64,000 nucleotides of DNA from Candidatus Eiseniibacteriota bacterium (lineage in GTDB: Bacteria > Eisenbacteria > RBG-16-71-46 > CAVPCR01): contig CAVPCR010000002.1 in NCBI GenBank assembly GCA_963702435.1, forward strand, positions 64,001 through 128,000, in the 5' to 3' direction. The translations under genes and the position numbers were made by a program. The notes beneath the pieces are model-generated. The model searched no databases and was not told the DNA's origin. It worked only from the letters and a program-made list of their open reading frames with translations. This document shows, one piece after another, positions 56,886 to 64,000 of this stretch; the stretch's first letter is position 1, and each line of letters starts with the position of its first letter.

Positions 56886-57383
56886 ATGGGCAAGGTCGTA
56901 CTCAAGCTCGGGCGTGACATCAGCACCGACGACATCTACCCGGGCCGGTTCATGGCCACGGTGCTGCCCACCGAGACGCCGCAGTTCTGCTTCAACGATC
57001 GCACCGAGTTCAACGCCAAGCTGAAGGCGAAGGCGATCCCGGCCGGCAGCGTCATCGTGGCCGACGAGAACTTCGGCTGCGGCTCGAGCCGCGAGCAGGC
57101 GGTGAGCACCATCCGCGGCCACGAGCTGGTCGTCGTGGCGCGGAGCATCGCCCGCATCTTCATGCAGAACGCCATCAACCTCGGCCTGAACCTCGTCATC
57201 TGCCCGACGATCGAGGCGAACGAGGGCGACGAGCTCGAGGTCGCGCCCGGCAAGGTGCGCAACAGGACGAGCGGGAAGGAGTTCGCGACCATCCCGCTGC
57301 CGCCGGCGCGCCAGGCGATCATCGACGCGGGCGGGCTCATCCCCTACACCCGCAAGAAGCTCATGGAGAAGCCGGCGCGCTGA
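56886..57383 (+). CDS. leuD: 3-isopropylmalate dehydratase family, small subunit
   Basis: DISTDDIYP, NFGCGSSREQA, ARIFMQNAINLGL, AGGL. Confidence 0.9.
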   Translation: MGKVVLKLGRDISTDDIYPGRFMATVLPTETPQFCFNDRTEFNAKLKAKAIPAGSVIVADENFGCGSSREQAVSTIRGHELVVVARSIARIFMQNAINLGLNLVICPTIEANEGDELEVAPGKVRNRTSGKEFATIPLPPARQAIIDAGGLIPYTRKKLMEKPAR

Positions 57384-57714
57384 AGCGCGCCGGCTGCCGC
57401 GGCGAAGCACCGGCCTGGATCCGGGGGCGCACACCCGAGTAGCGGCGTGGGCTCTCCGGCAATGGTCCGCATCGCCGTCGCTGTCGCTCGCGATCCATCG
57501 ACCGCGCCGCCCATCGGAGACGCCGCTCTGCCGCCTCATCGAAGATTGCCAGGAGATCCTCGTCTGCATCCACCACGAGGAGTTCCAGCCCAGCTGCGGT
57601 AGACTCCGCAGCGCCGCCCGGCGCGCGGTGGGAAAGCTCCTCGACTGCGGACTCCCCCACGCCGCGCGAGTTCGGGCGCGGTGCGAGGCGACGTGCGAGC
57701 GGAGGAGGAGATCG

Positions 57715-58437
57715 ATGTTCGACGCGGAACGGCTGCTCTCGGACCTGATCGGCGGGCAGTTCACGGGCCGGCAGCGCAAGCGCAAGCGGTACCGCTATCG
57801 CGGCGGTGGCCTCGGGGGCGCGGTCGGGCACGCGGCGCTGTCGCCGCAGGGGCTGACCATCCTCGGCGGCCTGGCGGTGGCGGCCTACGAGCACCTGCGG
57901 GAGAAGAAGCGGGAGTCCGCCGGCCTGCCGCCGGGGATGCCCCCTCCGCAGCCGGCCGGGACGCCCTCGCTGCTGGCGACCCCGCCGCCGTTCCCGCCGG
58001 CCCCCGCACCCCCCGCTCCCGGCGGCGCGGCCGCCGGCCTGGGAACGGGCGCAGGCGCGCCGAGCGATCCCCATGAGCGAGCGCTGCTCCTGATCGAGGC
58101 GATGGTGCACGCCGCGAAGGCCGACGGGAGGATCGACGAGTCGGAGCGCGCCCGGATCCTCGAGCACCTCGAGCGCGAGGGAGCCGATCCCGAGGCGCGG
58201 GCGCACCTCGAGTCCCTCCTGTCGGGGCCGACCGACCTGGAGCGGATCGCGGTGCGGGTGCGCGATCCGCAGCTCGCCGCGGAGGTCTACGCGGCCACCC
58301 TGATGACGATCGACGCGGACACGCCCGCGGAGCAGGCCTATCTCGCCACGTTGGCGGCGCGGCTCGGACTCGACCCCCGCGTGACCCAGGCCCTGGAGGC
58401 GCGTCTCGAGGCGCACGACGAGGAGTCGCAGCCTTGA
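57715..58437 (+). CDS. DUF533 (YebE/TerB-like) protein
   Basis: GGLAVAAY; LLIEAMVHAAKADGRIDESERARI; EVYAATL..ID.D...EQAYL..LA; RBS GGAGGAG. Confidence 0.85.
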   Translation: MFDAERLLSDLIGGQFTGRQRKRKRYRYRGGGLGGAVGHAALSPQGLTILGGLAVAAYEHLREKKRESAGLPPGMPPPQPAGTPSLLATPPPFPPAPAPPAPGGAAAGLGTGAGAPSDPHERALLLIEAMVHAAKADGRIDESERARILEHLEREGADPEARAHLESLLSGPTDLERIAVRVRDPQLAAEVYAATLMTIDADTPAEQAYLATLAARLGLDPRVTQALEARLEAHDEESQP

Positions 58438-58604
58438 AATGGAAGCCGGCGGTCGAGTCGGTTGATCGCCGCACTCATCACGGCGCGCGCACGGCGCGCG
58501 CTGACACGCTGCGGCTCCCGTTCGTGATCGTCACGTAGTAGACACCGCGCGCGACAGGGCGATCACCGGCGACCAGGTCGGTATCCCCGGCGGGTCGGTC
58601 CAGA

Positions 58605-61600
58605 CTACCGCAGGACGACGATCCGCAGTCCCGAGCTGTCGCCCCCCGCCTCGAGCCGGAGGAAGTACACACCCGAGGGGACGGGCACCCCGCGGATGCC
58701 GTAGCCGTTCCACGAGGCCACATTCTTCCCCGGCGGGCGCTGGCCGTCCACGAGCTCGGCGACGAGCCGGCCCGCAAGGTCGTAGACGCGGAGCTCGACG
58801 TCCACCGGCGCGACCGCCCCCCCTGCCGGCGGCACCACGAACTGGATCAGCGTCACCGGGTCAACGGCCGGCTGGAACACGCTGGGCAAGGCCCGCACGA
58901 TGCGCGGGGCCGCCGGGCCGCCCGGCACATAGACCTGCCGCGGCCCGTAGAGTCGGGGCTCCTGCCCCGCTCTCCGCAGATCTTCGAGGAGATACGCGAA
59001 CAACTCCGCCGGGCTGCCGTCCGCGTCCGTGTAGCTCGAGTCGGGCGGCAGCGGCACTCCCGTGAGGAGCGTGTAGCCCGCCGGCACCCCGTCCGCCGTC
59101 CCGCGGAGGGGGAAGCTCGCGCTCTCCGCCCGCCGGTAGACATTGAAGCCCCGCCCGTCGTAGGGCCGCCCGGCGAAGAACTCCTCGACCTCGTAGGCGA
59201 CCACCACTCGCCCCTCCGCGTCCGTCCCGGGCGTCAGGAAAGTCACCGCATAGGGCTCGGCCGGCGAGACCACGGTCACGTCATCGATGACCCAGCCGCC
59301 GGCGGTGACGGAACCATCCGAGCCGAAGTGGAAGCGGAGCCGGCCGGCGCCCGTCATGCCGGTGAGATCGAACTCGACGCGCTCGAACGCGGTGATCATC
59401 CCCGAGAACGCCTCGCGATCGGCGATCGCGCTCTGGCCATTGCGAATGATGCGGTAGGGATAGCCGCCCACCGGGACGATCTGCTGAAATGGCCCGCCGT
59501 CGAGCGAGAGTTCGACCAGGCCCCCGTCCCAGGCGCGCGTGCCCGCATCCACCTCGGCATCGATCGTGTGCCAGAAGAAGAGGCGACAGGTGCCGTCGAG
59601 CGCGAAGACCGGAGTGTCGAGCCGGGCGTCGGTCAGGTTGCCGTACTTGTTCGAATCCGCCATCGCGCAGCGGAACGCGCTCCCGCCGTTGCGGCCGGCG
59701 CCCTCCGCCACGAACCAGTCGTCGCGGTAGCCGTCTCGGCCGGCCGAGTGGGTGAAACCCTCCGCGCCGTCCTCGAAGTTGGTCGCGAACCCGACCACGT
59801 CGCCGGCGGCGAGGATGACGTCCTCGGTCTCCTCGTAACCGACCGCCGTGTAGCGAAGCCGCAAGGTGAGCGCGTAGGGATCCGCCGGCAGGTCGGCGAC
59901 CTGGTAGGTGAAGGCCCCCGGGACGGCGACCGTGCCGTCCGCCGCGAGGTCGCCCGCGGCCAGCGGGCCGCCGGAGATCGTCACCAGCGGATCGAGGCAC
60001 TCGAGATCGACGAGCACCTGGCGCGCATCGAGTCCCGCGTTCTCGATCTCGACCGCCACCGTGCCGCGCTCGGTCGCATCGAGCCCGCCGTCGCCGTTCC
60101 CCCCGGTCGCGTCGTCGATCGTCAGGCGCACCTTGGCGAGCGCCGGCGCCGTCTCGACCGTGAAGTCCGCCGCGAACGTGGCGCCGGTCACGAGGCGGAG
60201 ATTCTCGACACGCACCTGCGTGTCCGCACCGCCGTAGGAGAGGCTCGCGGGACGCGACGTCGGGGTGAACGCGCCACCGAGGCTGTACGGATCACCCGAG
60301 TCGCCATAGTTGCGCCCGGCCTCGATGTCCCCGCGGCCGTCGGCCTGTTCGAGCGCGACGCGCGGGTGTCCCGGATCGTCGTTGGTCGCCGTCTCCTCGT
60401 CCACGTGCCAGACCAGGAGCCCGCCCACCGTCGTGCTCGTGAACGGGAGCGATCGGTCGAAACCGAGCGGAGCCCGGTTCTCGACGAGGAAGTACTCGCT
60501 CTCCGCACGGCCATTGGTCCACAGGCGGAGGATCTCGCCGCCCGGGACGACGGGTGCGAGCGCGCGGCCGGGGACGTTGTCGGCGAGATCGACCGGCGTC
60601 GCGAAGCCCGTGGCGACCTTCGACCAGGCATCGAGATGCGAGGGACGCGTGCCCGATCCCGGGCCGAAGGCCCCGCCGCTCGCCGAGAGCCACGCGCCGA
60701 GCGACATGACCGACCACACGCCGACCACGCTCGATCCGCCGCCGTCGGTCTCGTAGAGGTCGACGAGCCCCAGGTTGTGTCCGAACTCGTGGGCGAAGAC
60801 CCCGGTGCGTCCATCTTGAGGGTCGAGCATGTAGTTGAAGACACGGACGCCGTCGACGACGAGATCCTCGTCCACCACATTCCAGTAGTGCGAGTGGATG
60901 TCGTTCGGGTTTCCGGTCTCCTCGTAGCCGGGCCCGGCATGGACCACGATGAGCCCGTCCACCGTGCCGTCGTCATCCCCCGAGCTCGGGATGCCGTCGG
61001 GCCCGTCGTTGTCGAACCGGCTCCAGTCGAGCGACGGATCCGCGGCGTCGGCGGCGCGCACCGCGTCCTCGACGAGCTTCTGTCCGTTCTGCGGATACGG
61101 CCCGGTGCCTCGCCGGCCGGCGACGTACTGGCGATACGTCTGCGGCATGCGATGCCACCCCGAGACCTGCCCGGTCAGATCGAAGTCCCCGCGCGAGTTC
61201 TCGAGGTAGTAATCGCGAAGACTCCCCGTCGGGTGAGTGCCCCGGGAGAAGAGGAGGTCCGTGTAGTGATCCGGCACCAGCGACGGGTAGATCCGCCAGT
61301 CGTTGTCGGAGAAGTCGACGAGGAGAACGGGGATGTGCATGTTGCGCGGGACGGCGGCGCCCTTTGCCGCATGCGCCGCCGCGGCGGTGGCGGCCAGGAC
61401 CCCGCGCGCCGGGCGGTCGAGCCCCTGGCGCGCGAGCGCCGCCTGTTCGCGGTCGAAGGCCGCGAGCTCGCCGCGCCGCTCGAGCTCGGCGGCGACGCGC
61501 GGATGGAGCGGCATGGCGGCGGCCGGGCGCACGGCGACCGCGCCCCAGTACAGCACACCGAGAACCGCGAGAGTGCCGACGAGCCCCCGCAACCGCCCGC

Positions 61601-61619
61601 GTCCGATCAAGCTGTTCAC
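58605..61619 (-). CDS. Secreted M6 (immune inhibitor A-like) metalloprotease with C-terminal FlgD-Ig-like domain
   Basis: Signal peptide, [49 protein letters not shown]...W.G....SGVYFLRL. Confidence 0.9.
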   Translation of the reverse strand: MNSLIGRGRLRGLVGTLAVLGVLYWGAVAVRPAAAMPLHPRVAAELERRGELAAFDREQAALARQGLDRPARGVLAATAAAAHAAKGAAVPRNMHIPVLLVDFSDNDWRIYPSLVPDHYTDLLFSRGTHPTGSLRDYYLENSRGDFDLTGQVSGWHRMPQTYRQYVAGRRGTGPYPQNGQKLVEDAVRAADAADPSLDWSRFDNDGPDGIPSSGDDDGTVDGLIVVHAGPGYEETGNPNDIHSHYWNVVDEDLVVDGVRVFNYMLDPQDGRTGVFAHEFGHNLGLVDLYETDGGGSSVVGVWSVMSLGAWLSASGGAFGPGSGTRPSHLDAWSKVATGFATPVDLADNVPGRALAPVVPGGEILRLWTNGRAESEYFLVENRAPLGFDRSLPFTSTTVGGLLVWHVDEETATNDDPGHPRVALEQADGRGDIEAGRNYGDSGDPYSLGGAFTPTSRPASLSYGGADTQVRVENLRLVTGATFAADFTVETAPALAKVRLTIDDATGGNGDGGLDATERGTVAVEIENAGLDARQVLVDLECLDPLVTISGGPLAAGDLAADGTVAVPGAFTYQVADLPADPYALTLRLRYTAVGYEETEDVILAAGDVVGFATNFEDGAEGFTHSAGRDGYRDDWFVAEGAGRNGGSAFRCAMADSNKYGNLTDARLDTPVFALDGTCRLFFWHTIDAEVDAGTRAWDGGLVELSLDGGPFQQIVPVGGYPYRIIRNGQSAIADREAFSGMITAFERVEFDLTGMTGAGRLRFHFGSDGSVTAGGWVIDDVTVVSPAEPYAVTFLTPGTDAEGRVVVAYEVEEFFAGRPYDGRGFNVYRRAESASFPLRGTADGVPAGYTLLTGVPLPPDSSYTDADGSPAELFAYLLEDLRRAGQEPRLYGPRQVYVPGGPAAPRIVRALPSVFQPAVDPVTLIQFVVPPAGGAVAPVDVELRVYDLAGRLVAELVDGQRPPGKNVASWNGYGIRGVPVPSGVYFLRLEAGGDSSGLRIVVLR

Positions 61620-63209
61620 TCCCATTCGATGGTGGCGGGGGGCTTCGAGGAGAGGTCGTAGACGACGCGGTTCACGCCCGGCACCTCGTTCACGATGCGA
61701 TTCGCCACCCGCCCGAGGAAGTCGAGCGGGAGGCGCCCCCAGTCGGCGGTCATGCCGTCGGTCGAGGTCACGGCGCGGAGCGCGATCACCTGCTCGTACG
61801 TGCGCTCGTCGCCCATCACGCCCACCGTCTTGACCGGGAGGAGCACCGCGAAGGCCTGCCAGATCGTGTCGTAGAGGCCGCTCGCATGCAGCTCCTTGAT
61901 GAAGATATCGTCGGCGCGCCGGGCCACTTCCAGATTCTCGCGATCCACGGCCCCGATCACGCGCACGGCGAGCCCGGGCCCGGGGAACGGATGCCGCCCG
62001 ATCACCGACTCGGGGATCCCGAGCACGCGCCCGACCGCCCGCACCTCGTCCTTGAAGAGCTCCCGCAAGGGCTCGATCAGCGTGAGGCCCATCTTCTCCG
62101 GCAGTCCGCCCACGTTGTGATGGCTCTTGATGGTCGCCGCCGGCCCGCCGGCCGCCGCCGATTCGATGACGTCGGGATAGAGCGTCCCCTGGATCAGGTA
62201 GCGCGCCCCTTCGAGGTGGCGCGCCTCCTCTTCGAAGACCTCGATGAACGCGGCGCCGATGCGCTTCCGCTTCTCCTCGGGATCCTCGATGCCGCGGAGA
62301 CGCTCGAGGAAGAGATCCGCGGCATCCACGTGCTTGACGCGGAGGTGGAAGCGTTCCTCGAGCTCGCGCGTCACCACTTCCGCCTCGCCGGCCCGGAGCA
62401 ACCCGTGATCGACGAAGATCGAGGTGAGGCGCGCGCCGAGGGCCTCTCCCGCGAGCACCGCCGCCACCGAGGAGTCCACCCCGCCCGAGAGCGCGCAGAT
62501 GGCCGTCCCCGCCGGGGCCTCCTCCCGGATCTTAAGAACCGCGGCGGCCGCGAAATTCTCCATGGTCCAGCCGGCTTCCACGCCGGCAGACCCCGAAGAG
62601 GAAGTTGTCGAGGATCTTTCCCTCGTCCTGGGTGTGGACCACCTCCGGATGGAACTGGAGGAGATAGATGGGGCGGGTCCGATGGCGGGCGGCGGCGAAG
62701 CGGCACTCCGTCGTGCGCCCGAGGGGAACCAGGTCCGCGGGCAGCTCGGCCACCGAGTCGCCGTGGCTCATCCAGGCGGGAAAGGCAAGGAGCCCGGCCA
62801 GCACGTCCCCGGGTGCCTCCACCTCCACCTGGGCGAGCCCGTACTGGCGCGTCGTCCCGCGCTCGATGCGCCCACCCAGCATGAGGGCGACGACCTGCAT
62901 GCCGTAGCAGAGGCCGAGGACGGGCAGGCCGGAATCGAGAAGAGCCGGGTCCGGGCGCGGAGCGCCGGGCGTGAGCGCGCTCGCCGGTCCTCCCGAGAGG
63001 ATGACGCCGCGCACCCCGCGCCGGCGAAGCTCGGCGAGCGGCGTGTCGTGGCGGAGGATCTCGCAGTAGACATGCCGCTCGCGCACGCGCCGCGCGATGA
63101 GCTGCGCGTACTGCGAGCCGAAGTCGAGGATGGCGATCGGCACGGCATGGGTGGCCGTTGCGCGGGCGCCGCGACCTGGAGCCGTGGCCGCCGGGCTCGT
63201 CTCAGCCAA
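61616..63209 (-). CDS. guaA: GMP synthase (glutamine-hydrolysing); one frameshift near 62580
   Basis: [58 protein letters not shown]. Confidence 0.96.
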
Positions 63210-63250
63210 GGCGTCTCCTTCCTCTTCCAGTGAACGAGTTCAAACGAATT

Positions 63251-64000
63251 CTAGTGAACGAAGTGCCGCTCTCCGGTGAAGACCATGGCGATGCCCAGGC
63301 GATCGCAGGCCGCGATCGCGTCGGCATCGCGCTTCGAGCCGCCCGGCTGGACGATCGCCGTGATCCCGAGCCGCCCGGCGCTCTCGACCGCGTCCGGGAA
63401 CGGGAAGAAGGCGTCGGACGCGAGGACCGCGCCGCGCACGTCGTGCTGCGAGCGCGCCGCCTTCATGGCCGCCACCTCGACCGAGTCGATGCGGCTCGCC
63501 TGGCCGCCGCCGATCCCGAGCGTGCGATCGGCGCGCGCGATCACGATCGCGTTCGAGCGCACGAGCTTCGCCACCTTGAAGGCGAAGAAGAGCGCGCTCT
63601 TCTCTTCCTCGGTCGGCGCCCGGCGGGTGACGACGTCGCCCGCAAGCGTCGCGCCGGCCGGGAGGAGATCGGGCTCCTCGAGCAGGTACCCGCCGAGGAT
63701 CGAGCGGATGCGCGGCGCGCGCACGGCGCGCTCGAGCGCGGGGAGCGGCACCGAGACGACGCGGAGCGCGGGCTTCTTCGCGAAGAGCGCGAGCGCCTCG
63801 GGCGAGAAGCCGGGCGCGACCACCACCTCGTAGAAATCGCGAGCGATCTCGGCCGCGGTCTCCGCGTCGACGGGGCGCGCCGAGCCGATCACACCGCCGA
63901 AGGCGGAGAGCTGATCCCCGTCGCGCGCGAGCTTGAAGGCGGTGACCGGAGCCTCGGCCACGCCGAGCCCCGAGGGGCTCGCGTGCTTGACGACGACACA
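63251..64000 (-). CDS. purH: Bifunctional AICAR transformylase/IMP cyclohydrolase (3' part only)
   Basis: SAFGG, SNAIV, GQASRIDS, ASDAFFPFPD, IVQPGGS.RD, FTGERHFVH. Confidence 0.96.
   Translation of the reverse strand, partial: CVVVKHASPSGLGVAEAPVTAFKLARDGDQLSAFGGVIGSARPVDAETAAEIARDFYEVVVAPGFSPEALALFAKKPALRVVSVPLPALERAVRAPRIRSILGGYLLEEPDLLPAGATLAGDVVTRRAPTEEEKSALFFAFKVAKLVRSNAIVIARADRTLGIGGGQASRIDSVEVAAMKAARSQHDVRGAVLASDAFFPFPDAVESAGRLGITAIVQPGGSKRDADAIAACDRLGIAMVFTGERHFVH

Noticed and set aside
57480..57620. REC-like fragment LELLVVDADEDLLAIFDE on the minus strand
   Set aside because: Only a short motif with no start codon and none of the remaining receiver domain; may be chance.

Overview
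High-GC bacterial chromosomal segment. Secreted proteins with FlgD-Ig-type C-termini and a peptidase-PD40-Omp85 protein suggest an FCB-adjacent candidate phylum; this is an inference. Housekeeping blocks occupy about 1-37.5 kb and 58.6-64 kb: SNF2 helicase, xerD, rpsT, dapA/dapB, argF, pnt genes, xerC, trmFO, topA, secA, guaA and purH. There are two organic-acid clusters: HD/PrpD/fused aconitase/citDE/citF, and LysR/LeuB-like/HMG-CoA lyase/CoA-transferase III/leuCD. An accessory island of about 12.6 kb (38.6-51.1 kb) is bracketed by two copies of a LysR 3' end. It carries (i) an alpha/beta-hydrolase (lipase) gene coupled by a TGA/ATG overlap to a caspase-STAND NTPase-TPR gene with 16 near-identical 135-bp repeats that vary at a few positions, a candidate NLR-like protease-activated defence system, and (ii) a PilZ-GAF histidine kinase plus REC-adenylate cyclase module between two inverted IS91-like remnants. 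Many genes, including secA and guaA, carry single-base frameshifts that look like sequencing/assembly indels. No rRNA, tRNA or CRISPR array was recognised.
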